Shown here piece by piece: positions 36,284-44,907 of a stretch of 64,000 nucleotides of DNA; positions within the stretch are counted from its first letter, which is position 1; every line of letters begins with the position of its first letter. Below the pieces are notes generated by a model. That model had not been told where the DNA came from. It did not search any database and saw nothing but the letters and a program-made list of their open reading frames with translations. A program made the position numbers and the translations under genes. This DNA comes from a virus: the IMG/VR virus record IMGVR_UViG_3300005077_000004, positions 1-64,000 of that record; one strand, 5' to 3'.

Positions 36284-38767
36284 ATGTCCGAACTTAAGAA
36301 TAGCTCATATCAAGAATCGGTATCGAAAAAAGTCATCGAACCCCTCAATGATTTTTTGGGAGGGGTTCAACGTTCTAAAGGATTCAAGAAGCCCTTCGAT
36401 CCATATTTCCGAACCAGAGAGATCAGAACAACATCTCTATCAACTTCATTGAGAAATATTCAAGAAGAAAGAGGGGATGATCTTTTTGACGGTGAAGGGG
36501 GTGACGATGATGAATCTGGTGATGATACAGAAAAAACTCCAGAACAGGTGGCATCGTCCGGAGATTCTTCTGAAGGTGGAATCGATGTGGTAGATGGATT
36601 GTATCTTGGTCCAAACCAAAGATACTTTATGGGTGCATCGACAGAGCCTCCAATGGTTATTACAACCAAAGTCACACCCGAAAAAGTTCACTACTTCCTA
36701 TTTCCATACCGTCGCGAACAGATCTTGAAGAAGGAAATCGCAGCAGATCTCTTCAAAACAGGAAGTCAGACTTGGATGAAGGATCCGAAGAGTCGTCGTG
36801 ATGAAGACTTACGATCATCGATAAAAGCTGTTCTTTCGGGTGAACCAGGAGAGAAGGTTTCTCTAGACGATTACCAATACTCGAATATCCAGGTTCGCTA
36901 TACTGGTTCTAAAGAGGGAGACTTGGAACCCTGGAAAGATCTTGAATCCTCATTCGACGTAAAGGTTGATAGCGTTCTCACAAATAAACAAATCTATAAT
37001 CTACGTCTCAACAATAAAGATCTAGAAAAATTCACATCTGATATCAAGAGTGGTGAAGGTGATTTTAAGATCACTAAAGTCATTCGTGAAGAACGAGAAT
37101 ATATGATTGAGGCAGCAAAGAACCCCAGGTTGAAGGTGATTGAACAAGCAGTCGCCCCTTCTGAAAAACATGCTTGGGGTGAAATTATGAACTCTAACAT
37201 GTCGATGAATTACGCTGCCGACAACTATCAATCGGGTGAAGCGGTGTCATGGAAGAAGCAGGATTGGTTGATTGTTGATTTTGTTCCATCCGGTGAGGAT
37301 ATGACAGTTATTCTATTGTCACCAAACTTTGAAAAGATTGCTCAGTTTGTTCCGACAAAAGATCTCAAGAAGAGGGATCCTTTGGAAATGGGTCCGGATG
37401 ATGATCAAGTACCACACGAGTCAGAATCCAAGAACAAAAAGAAATCTGAAAAGCCTACAGGATTCTGCGGAAAGAAGGTCGAGGGTCTTCCGGTTGATAA
37501 GACACCCAAAGACAAAAAGCTAGACTTCCCGAAGTCTGGAGAAGATGGAGTCACTCAAGAACAAAAAGCTCTGAAGCAACCGAAAGAAATGAAAGAAGAG
37601 GATATCCCTGTTATCTCCGGAAAGGTTAAGCAATTAATCAACAGCATCAACAACGATCCGACACTCGGAGCAAAGGATGGAAGATTCAAAGTTATCGTTG
37701 AAAATCTTCTCCGAAAACAAAAAGAAGGTGTTTATGATAGCAAGCTTGCTGAAAAAGCATTTGAGGCTCTGGCTGATATGGGAGCAAAGAAATGCTCCAA
37801 GAATCCTGACGCAGAGTTCCCGAAATCGGTTCGACAAAAAACAGCAGCGGCTTTGAGAGACCAGTTTGAAAACAATGTCAAGTTGGGAAACTTCAAAGAG
37901 GACAAGTCGAGAGAAACGATTGTTGTCGAGCACATTGAGAAGCTAATCTCTGAAACGCAAGATATGGTTAACGAAGCGGTCGAGAAAGAAGCGGTTCCTT
38001 TCACTGAGAGAGAAAAAGAAGTTCTCAACAGGTTCGAAGGTGTAGACGTCTCTCTGAATAATGTTGCCACGTTTACTTGGAATTCTAGCGGAAAGAACTA
38101 CAAGCTAGAGATTACCAAGAAACCACGACCTCAGACGAATGATATCGTTTATGCAGCAACAACCACGTTCAATAATAACCAGCTTGATCGACAACGAACT
38201 CAGGATAGCGATCCGTTCAAAACCGAAGACGATCCAACCATTCTTGAAGCTTTCCTCACAAATCTTCAGATCAACGAGATGATCAAAGAAGAAAAGAAAA
38301 AGAAGCAGGGTGGGTGTCCCGATCTTACTGGCAAGGCAGATGAAAAAGGATTGAACGTAAAGGATGTTAATCCCGAAGAGCTTGCTATGGGAATCCGGGT
38401 TGAGAGGGAGCATACAAAAGACATCAAGGTCGCTAAACAGATTGCTCTCGATCATATAGCAGAAAACCCACGCTATTACTCTAAGCTTCTCATTCCAGCA
38501 GAAAAAGCCGCTGGTGTTAAGGAAGAGGACGCAGATAAAATTGTCCAAACAGATATCACTGCAATCGAAGAAGACAAGAAGAAATCCAAGTCGGATGAAA
38601 AGAGGACGAAGACGAAGTGGGTTAACGCTCTCCCAATAAAGGACGGTCGAAAAGTAAGAACAGAGATTACAGGTGATACCAAAATCGTTTATCGAACTTT
38701 CGAAGAGAAACGAAAGAAAGAAGAAAAACAAAAGAAAGAAAAGAAGACTAAGAAGAAGGGAGATTAG
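36284..38767 (+). CDS. large virion-module protein (827 aa) with a DUF5661-like helical motif
   Basis: EELAMGIRVEREHTKDIKVAKQIALDHIAENPRYYSKL near the C-terminus (family recalled from memory). Acidic N-terminal tract and K-rich C-terminus. Confidence 0.55.
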   Translation: MSELKNSSYQESVSKKVIEPLNDFLGGVQRSKGFKKPFDPYFRTREIRTTSLSTSLRNIQEERGDDLFDGEGGDDDESGDDTEKTPEQVASSGDSSEGGIDVVDGLYLGPNQRYFMGASTEPPMVITTKVTPEKVHYFLFPYRREQILKKEIAADLFKTGSQTWMKDPKSRRDEDLRSSIKAVLSGEPGEKVSLDDYQYSNIQVRYTGSKEGDLEPWKDLESSFDVKVDSVLTNKQIYNLRLNNKDLEKFTSDIKSGEGDFKITKVIREEREYMIEAAKNPRLKVIEQAVAPSEKHAWGEIMNSNMSMNYAADNYQSGEAVSWKKQDWLIVDFVPSGEDMTVILLSPNFEKIAQFVPTKDLKKRDPLEMGPDDDQVPHESESKNKKKSEKPTGFCGKKVEGLPVDKTPKDKKLDFPKSGEDGVTQEQKALKQPKEMKEEDIPVISGKVKQLINSINNDPTLGAKDGRFKVIVENLLRKQKEGVYDSKLAEKAFEALADMGAKKCSKNPDAEFPKSVRQKTAAALRDQFENNVKLGNFKEDKSRETIVVEHIEKLISETQDMVNEAVEKEAVPFTEREKEVLNRFEGVDVSLNNVATFTWNSSGKNYKLEITKKPRPQTNDIVYAATTTFNNNQLDRQRTQDSDPFKTEDDPTILEAFLTNLQINEMIKEEKKKKQGGCPDLTGKADEKGLNVKDVNPEELAMGIRVEREHTKDIKVAKQIALDHIAENPRYYSKLLIPAEKAAGVKEEDADKIVQTDITAIEEDKKKSKSDEKRTKTKWVNALPIKDGRKVRTEITGDTKIVYRTFEEKRKKEEKQKKEKKTKKKGD

Positions 38768-38769
38768 TT

Positions 38770-39408
38770 ATGGTCGTGTCTTTGCGTTATGTTGGAACCT
38801 ATCGTCGTCGAATCACATGGAATAGCATGGGGCAATGCTTCTGCTATGTTGTAAACCCAGGAGATATCATTGACGTTCCGGCAAGTCAAGCAAACAATGC
38901 GAAGGGTGCTGCCCCGCTCGTAGAAGCCAAACTACATGCAACAAAAGCCAAAAGAATCAAAAAGATTTTTGAAGCTGAATCCACTGAAGTAATCACTCCT
39001 TCAGATGAAGAGGTTTTCGAAAAGCAGGATAAGCTGGATCCCTTTGCGGGTTGCAAGAGTGATGGTCAGGAAGTTGTTATCGAAGAGGAAACCGAGGTAG
39101 TAGAGGATAAAAAGGAAGTGGTAGAAGCGGGAGAAGTTGTGGCTGAACAAGAACCAGAAATCACGGAGGATGTTCAAAAAGAGGTTGAGAACGAATTCGA
39201 AAATCTCGACAAAGCATTCCCCCAAGAATTTCTGGATAAGCTAGATAAGGATATTGTTCCAGACACAGATTTTGCCTCCAAGAACAAATCCGATCTAGCA
39301 GATTACATTATTGCCCACAGTCAAGAAGAACTCAAGAAATATGTTCTCCTCAAGGAAAAGAGAGACACCCTCATTAAGATGTGTGTGGACCTTGAATCGT
39401 CCCTTTAA
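38770..39408 (+). CDS. hypothetical protein (212 aa), acidic centre
   Basis: ATG preceded by AAGGGAGA. Followed by a strong terminator. Confidence 0.5.
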   Translation: MVVSLRYVGTYRRRITWNSMGQCFCYVVNPGDIIDVPASQANNAKGAAPLVEAKLHATKAKRIKKIFEAESTEVITPSDEEVFEKQDKLDPFAGCKSDGQEVVIEEETEVVEDKKEVVEAGEVVAEQEPEITEDVQKEVENEFENLDKAFPQEFLDKLDKDIVPDTDFASKNKSDLADYIIAHSQEELKKYVLLKEKRDTLIKMCVDLESSL

Positions 39409-39432
39409 GAACGTTGTGTTGTCTTGGAGTCG

Positions 39433-39465
39433 GATGGGTCTTTCGAAGAAAGACCCATCTTTGTT
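39433..39465 (+). terminator. rho-independent terminator
   Basis: gatgggtctttc-gaa-gaaagacccatc perfect 12-bp inverted repeat followed by tttgtt. Confidence 0.7.
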
Positions 39466-39517
39466 AGATAAAAATAAACACTCCTTCATAAATAATGATA
39501 GATAGTAGGAGATCTTA

Positions 39518-40255
39518 ATGTCTAAAATAACAAACCGAAACGAGCTAAAGCTTTACATTCATAAGAGGTTGGGTGCTCCATGCATCGCAACCAATGATCT
39601 CCACGAAGATCAACTCGACGATATTATCGATTATGCTATTGATCGATTCTACGAACACGCTATGGACTTCGCTCAAGAAGAAAGAATTCTTTATCTTCCC
39701 GTATCTGCGGGAGTCGGGTACGTGGACATAAGTAACGTCTCTCCACAACCAACAGCGGTCAATACTGTTCTAGGTGATTATGATTCGGACGTTTGGAGCA
39801 ATCTCAACACCCTCTTCACGGTAGAGAATATGATGTTGCACAGGTGGGGTTTTAATATCTATCAACCAGACGTTCTGACTTTCCAACTCATGTATGATTG
39901 GTTGGATTTCTTTAAAACACTGTATGGTCGTCAATACAGAGTTGAAATAAACGAGCACGGTAAGTTAGCTAAGATTCTTCCATTCCCCAATCATAGCGGT
40001 GGAATTTTCACCTGTGTTTGGGTGAAGAGACCGGAAGAAGAGCTTTATCGATTCTCTTGGATTCGAGATTATGTATTCGCCAAATGCCTAGTACAAATAG
40101 GAATGAACCGAGGAAAGTTCTCTGGTATCACTCTCCCAGGAGGAGGAACCCTAAACTCGGACATGTATCTCAATAAGGGTGAACAGATGATCGAGAAATT
40201 AGAAGAAGCTCTACTAACCGAATGGTCAACCCCACCAGATTTCTTTGTTGGATAG
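39518..40255 (+). CDS. neck/head-completion protein (T4 gp13-like)
   Basis: N-terminus NELKLYIHKRLGAPCIATNDLHEDQLDDIIDYAIDRFYEH and C-terminus LPGGGTLN...PPDFFVG parallel T4 gp13 ([32 protein letters not shown] ... LPGGVTIDG...DPPFGILVG, recalled from memory). Confidence 0.6.
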   Translation: MSKITNRNELKLYIHKRLGAPCIATNDLHEDQLDDIIDYAIDRFYEHAMDFAQEERILYLPVSAGVGYVDISNVSPQPTAVNTVLGDYDSDVWSNLNTLFTVENMMLHRWGFNIYQPDVLTFQLMYDWLDFFKTLYGRQYRVEINEHGKLAKILPFPNHSGGIFTCVWVKRPEEELYRFSWIRDYVFAKCLVQIGMNRGKFSGITLPGGGTLNSDMYLNKGEQMIEKLEEALLTEWSTPPDFFVG

Positions 40256-40263
40256 GAAACCGA

Positions 40264-41238
40264 ATGGCATTTATCTATCGTGACAAAAACATAAAAGATC
40301 GTCGTGTCAAAACTGCTATTGATACGATGTACAAAGCTATCACAAATCTATTAATTCTTGAAGATCAAGCGCAAGCATTGATAGACGAGACAGCCGAGAC
40401 TGCATGGATAGCAACCCACGCAACCAATCCTGGAGAATCTCTTCCTCTACTTCCGCTCGGGACGGAGAAGGTTTTGAATTGGAAGACATTGAATTTTGAT
40501 CTGACTTCTGAATCCAAGTTCATTCAGATGGTATTCAACAATCTTACAGCGGGTTATACTCGAAATCGTCTTGATGTTCTAGAACCAGACTATCAAACAA
40601 CCGGAGAAGTTCTACCGACAGGAACAAGTGCATTGACGACATCGAAGTTGAAAATTCGAGACGGAAAGATTATCCTAAAGAATCTCGAAGCATACGACTT
40701 TGATTTCGAAAGCTACGAACTTTTAAACGAAGTTGCGAGAGCATTGGTTATTTTCCTCGATTCCGTAGAAGCTTTTTATGCACAATTCTATCAACAGAGC
40801 GTATTCGATTTCATCGATCTTCCGTATAACACCTATGATGATTCGGCGGCAGATGATCGAGTCATCCTCGTCTATGACACAAGAGAAATGGATTATGAAA
40901 TATTCAACGTGGTAGATCCACTTGCCGATCAAATCATAGATCCTGTCAACAGAGAAGCGGTCAAAATGAAGTATCGAGAACTTAGGGATCGAATTAAATA
41001 CTTTGCTATGGAAGATGTGGTTCCTCGATTGGAATCTAGCATCAACGACCTCTTAATGGTAGTTAACGGAACTAAGACATATCGCATCAACCAACACATC
41101 GAACTACGTGAATTGGTTCTCATTCAAGATTCTTACGGATATACTCGTCGAACGCAGAAGGGGGAAGAAGTCTGGTTCCCATTTCATAATAAAGCAATTC
41201 TAGACTCATTCACTCAAGGTCTATCATCTATCTGGTAG
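40264..41238 (+). CDS. hypothetical virion protein (possible second neck protein)
   Basis: Start MAFIYRDKN lies 9 nt after the gp13-like stop. Function is suggested by position only. Confidence 0.4.
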   Translation: MAFIYRDKNIKDRRVKTAIDTMYKAITNLLILEDQAQALIDETAETAWIATHATNPGESLPLLPLGTEKVLNWKTLNFDLTSESKFIQMVFNNLTAGYTRNRLDVLEPDYQTTGEVLPTGTSALTTSKLKIRDGKIILKNLEAYDFDFESYELLNEVARALVIFLDSVEAFYAQFYQQSVFDFIDLPYNTYDDSAADDRVILVYDTREMDYEIFNVVDPLADQIIDPVNREAVKMKYRELRDRIKYFAMEDVVPRLESSINDLLMVVNGTKTYRINQHIELRELVLIQDSYGYTRRTQKGEEVWFPFHNKAILDSFTQGLSSIW

Positions 41239-41247
41239 GAGATACAT

Positions 41248-41949
41248 ATGGGTTGTTCTGGATGTGGAAAACGAAAGAATATCAATCTAAAGAAATTCGA
41301 TGCACCAATGATTGATGCAAGCGGAAAGGTTATATCCAATTCATTTCTTTCTTGGTCGGAAAAGAATCGAAAAGAGAGGAAGGGTGTTGGAAAGTCGGCA
41401 TCGAAGACAATGCTCGGCGGGATGGTTGACATAAACAAACCGAAAAACATTCAAACACTTCCTCGGGTTCCTGGACGAATCAACATCATGGAAAATTCCA
41501 AGAACGAGAAGGGTGTTTATATCATTGGTCATTTCAAAGGATGCAGTGCTTGCAAATACATGCACAGACTGATCGATAGAGCAATTACCCCAATGATGAA
41601 GCTAGATATCTCTTTCTACAGTATCGAAAAGAACGATGTGCAACCCAACGGTTTCGAATTCCGAAATAATCCGACAATTGTTTTTGTGGATCAAGGGAAG
41701 GTAGTCAAACAGATTTCTGGAATGAATCCGCAAATCGACCAGATCTTGGATCAATTCTACAATAACAAAAAAGAAAAGGCGACTAGCAAAAAGAAGCTTG
41801 AATACCGTCTATCTCCGGAACCAACACATATGGCAGCATATGAAAAGCTTTTCCGTGAGTTAGAACCCAAGCTGAAAGAAATCAAAAATATATCAACATC
41901 TCTAGATCAAAAGAACAATCTCTTAGTAGTTACCGTGATCTTCAAATAA
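41248..41949 (+). CDS. thioredoxin-fold protein
   Basis: GHFKGCSACKYM (CxxC) and, about 60 aa later, NNPTIVFVDQGKVV (cis-Pro loop + beta strand), the classic Trx layout. Confidence 0.5.
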   Translation: MGCSGCGKRKNINLKKFDAPMIDASGKVISNSFLSWSEKNRKERKGVGKSASKTMLGGMVDINKPKNIQTLPRVPGRINIMENSKNEKGVYIIGHFKGCSACKYMHRLIDRAITPMMKLDISFYSIEKNDVQPNGFEFRNNPTIVFVDQGKVVKQISGMNPQIDQILDQFYNNKKEKATSKKKLEYRLSPEPTHMAAYEKLFRELEPKLKEIKNISTSLDQKNNLLVVTVIFK

Positions 41950-41994
41950 ACCCCCACCAGACGCACAGAACTCGCTCAGGACGAATTCTTAATT

Positions 41995-42026
41995 AAGATG
42001 TAACGAAAGTTACATCTTGATTTTTT
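41995..42026 (+). terminator. rho-independent terminator between convergent genes
   Basis: aagatgtaac-gaaa-gttacatctt 10-bp stem with a GAAA tetraloop, then gatttttt. Confidence 0.65.
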
Positions 42027-42041
42027 GATTCATTTTAACTC

Positions 42042-42704
42042 TCAACATAACATATACTTAAGAATATATTTACTTCTTCGGTTTATTATAGACCACTGCT
42101 TATTCGTTTTTATTCCTAACACGTTTGCGTAGTTGGTGTTAGGAGGACCATACGCTCGATTCTGAATGTAAGCAAGTGAATGATCCCAAACGTTAATCCC
42201 TGAGAGAAAAGATATAATCAAAGAAGTGATTTCGACTGTAATCTCTTCTTCATCGGGTTTGTTGAATTCGATCTTAGCTCGATACTTTCCGAGAGCGGCA
42301 TGAGTCAATTCGTGTAGAAATGTTTTGTAGAAGTATTTGTTGATGTGAAATCGAGAAGGTTTCGGAACATGAACAAAATCTATCTCACCTTTAGATTTTG
42401 AGTGATAGACATATTCAGGTCCAACTCTTTCCGTGAACACGATGCTAACTGGAAAGATTTGATTAAGACGATCTGATATCCGAGTGATTGTTTTTTCAAG
42501 ACGAGGGATGGGTTTGAATCTAATCTTTTCAACACCCCATGGTATCCAAAACTCTTTTGCTTTTCGTTTGATAACAATATCTTGAATAGAGTCTACCGCA
42601 GCATCCACAATCGAATCAAGTTGATATGTTTCAACCGAAAAGGGATCCACACCCCTAACGATGCTTTTCTTCTTGACCCTAGTTATAAGATCAGATGTCC
42701 GCAT
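42042..42704 (-). CDS. ArdC-like zincin metallopeptidase-domain protein
   Basis: FYKTFLHELTHAALG...DEEEITVEITSLIISFLSG parallels the ArdC C-terminal pattern (LHELxHxTGH...EELVAELGAAFL, recalled from memory). Confidence 0.45.
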   Translation of the reverse strand: MRTSDLITRVKKKSIVRGVDPFSVETYQLDSIVDAAVDSIQDIVIKRKAKEFWIPWGVEKIRFKPIPRLEKTITRISDRLNQIFPVSIVFTERVGPEYVYHSKSKGEIDFVHVPKPSRFHINKYFYKTFLHELTHAALGKYRAKIEFNKPDEEEITVEITSLIISFLSGINVWDHSLAYIQNRAYGPPNTNYANVLGIKTNKQWSIINRRSKYILKYMLC

Positions 42705-42761
42705 AGAAGCCCTCGAAAAACAAGGGGAGACCGAAGTCCCCCCAAAGCACGATACGACTGT

Positions 42762-43208
42762 TTAGGACTTCTCCGGTTCTTTCTTTTCTTCCTTTACTTC
42801 CTTCACTTCTTTCTCAGCATCTTTCATAAGCTGATCAACGTTGATCCCGGCAAGCTTCGCTATTTCTTCCTCAATGAAAGCCTCCATAGACAAACGAATC
42901 CGAGAAGTATCCAGACTCGCCTTTTGTTGTCTCTTGGTCGAAGTCGGATTGCTCTGTCTAAATTCCTTGATGACTGTTGCCGGATACTGAGAAAAGATAA
43001 CCGTCAGAAGCTTCATTACGTCCGGACGTTTTTGGAATTCGGCAAGCAATCTCTTTTGATATGGATTCAGAGAAGCTTGAGAAACAGGAGTTGGGGAAGG
43101 TGCCATCTGCCGTTGTGGTTGATTACCGGATAGATTTACTTGATCCTCAAGACCACCAACCTCGCTCTTGAGTGGAAGTGTAACATTGTCTCGCATTGGT
43201 TCTCGCAT
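42762..43208 (-). CDS. hypothetical protein (148 aa)
   Basis: ORF with a K/E-rich C-terminus. Confidence 0.5.
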   Translation of the reverse strand: MREPMRDNVTLPLKSEVGGLEDQVNLSGNQPQRQMAPSPTPVSQASLNPYQKRLLAEFQKRPDVMKLLTVIFSQYPATVIKEFRQSNPTSTKRQQKASLDTSRIRLSMEAFIEEEIAKLAGINVDQLMKDAEKEVKEVKEEKKEPEKS

Positions 43209-43271
43209 GATATTCTCCTTTTAAAGATGTAAATAATTATAACAAAAAGATAAAAAATGTCAAGATATATT

Positions 43272-44231
43272 TTAAAGACCTAATTGTTTCTTAGCATCGT
43301 TTTTGAGATTGGATATCATACTATGGAATGATGATACAAAACCTTTTTGGTCTGTCTTATATTCTCCTTTCCAAGCATGATAATGAAGACTTTTGTTTTC
43401 TTGAAACGAGATATCCCCATTTAACATAGTATAACCTTTATACTTCCCCGTACTTAACATTTCATAATCATCAAACAATTGTATTTTGAGAGATGTTTTC
43501 AGATGCGGAAACCTCTCAAAAACACTTCCAATCCAGTACACATCACCCCGAGGAAGGTTCCAATAATATTGACATAGGTGTGGTTTATAAATCGTATTGT
43601 ACAATTCCATATTGAATGTGACCAACCCAACGTTCATTTGCTTCTTCATTTCGTTGTAAAGGATAGTCCAACAAAATGAATCAGGATTACGAGAAACATT
43701 GTTCATAATATACTGACAACACGGTTGAATTGATATTGTATCCGTGTCTACGATAATTCCATATTTTGTCGTAACATAATCCAAACCATGATACTTGGTT
43801 CTGTAACCTATACCCAAATTGAATGGATGGGAATTAACGGAATGAAAATGTCGAATCAAATTTACATATTGTGATTCGAGATAGAATAGCTTAGTATAAT
43901 CAGATTCGAAAATCTCTTTATCAGATAAACCAAACAATCTCATAATCAAAATTGGATAATTCTCTTCCCGCTCAGGTTTCTCCCTTTCTAACGAAAAAGG
44001 AAGCGGAGAATCCCACCCAATAACTATCTTAGGAATTACTGGTTCCGTAATGATAACGCTAGAAGCCATCAATATAGCATGAATTTGAAGATCCAAAAAC
44101 CCATGACCTTTTCCTCGCATGAACCCGCAAGTCCAAGTCAGATCTGAGTGAATGGGTTTATTTGTGATCTTTGAGGCTAAGGACCATAACTCGAAAGCTT
44201 CCGAAGCAAACTCGTCATATATTAATCCCAT
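43272..44231 (-). CDS. hypothetical protein, possible glycosyltransferase (start uncertain: 44231 or 44288)
   Basis: IIVDTDTISI DxD-like motif. The assignment rests mainly on location in the glycan island. Confidence 0.35.
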   Translation of the reverse strand: MGLIYDEFASEAFELWSLASKITNKPIHSDLTWTCGFMRGKGHGFLDLQIHAILMASSVIITEPVIPKIVIGWDSPLPFSLEREKPEREENYPILIMRLFGLSDKEIFESDYTKLFYLESQYVNLIRHFHSVNSHPFNLGIGYRTKYHGLDYVTTKYGIIVDTDTISIQPCCQYIMNNVSRNPDSFCWTILYNEMKKQMNVGLVTFNMELYNTIYKPHLCQYYWNLPRGDVYWIGSVFERFPHLKTSLKIQLFDDYEMLSTGKYKGYTMLNGDISFQENKSLHYHAWKGEYKTDQKGFVSSFHSMISNLKNDAKKQLGL

Positions 44232-44907
44232 AATTTTCCTTTGTGTGCGAACAAAAAAACTTTTTAAACTCGTTTTTAGGGTTTTCAATAATGTCTTTAT
44301 TAATTCTCTTCGAAAAAATATTCAAATCTTCGTGACTAGGAGAATGAATTTCACAATGATAGTAACGAAGTCGATCCCACATTTGAAATTCAGAAAAGAC
44401 TCTATACTCAGATCCCTCAATGTCAATCTTAATTATATCAACATTTAATATCTGATTTAGATCAAAAAAACTATCCAACGTCATCGCTTGAACCGGAATG
44501 TTTCCATCTGTTTCGGACACACGAGATGCTCCTGAATTTCTCCTAATCGTTCGATCCATCAAATACCTATATCCACTTCCAATACACAAGCGGAACGAAT
44601 GAATGGTGTTTTGTAATTCATACAACTCAATATTCTTTTGAAGACACTCGAAAACACTTGGATGTGGTTCGATTGAATAAATTCTTAGATTTTCGCTTTT
44701 CAGAAGAAGAGACAACAAAATAGAAACAACACCAATGTTTGCTCCTAAATCGATAACCGTAGAAATACCTATTCTACGTTTTTGAACAAAATCGATAATC
44801 TGTCTGGACGTTCTTAGTCCCGTTCGAAGACAAACATCTCGTTCGCATTGTTGAGGAACGAAGAAAGTATAAAATTGATCGTTGAGTTTGATTTCTTTTT
44901 TATGCAT
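44215..44907 (-). CDS. FkbM-family SAM-dependent methyltransferase
   Basis: VIDLGANIGVVS and IKIDIEGSEYRVF signatures. Confidence 0.7.
   Translation of the reverse strand: MHKKEIKLNDQFYTFFVPQQCERDVCLRTGLRTSRQIIDFVQKRRIGISTVIDLGANIGVVSILLSLLLKSENLRIYSIEPHPSVFECLQKNIELYELQNTIHSFRLCIGSGYRYLMDRTIRRNSGASRVSETDGNIPVQAMTLDSFFDLNQILNVDIIKIDIEGSEYRVFSEFQMWDRLRYYHCEIHSPSHEDLNIFSKRINKDIIENPKNEFKKFFCSHTKENYGINI

Noticed and set aside
38105-38731. 208-aa minus-strand ORF, Phe/Leu-rich
   Set aside because: It is a shadow of the Lys/Glu-rich 3' end of the 827-aa plus-strand gene.
42582-43133. 183-aa plus-strand ORF
   Set aside because: It spans two minus-strand genes and the gap between them, has Arg/Leu/Phe-rich composition, and has no upstream RBS.
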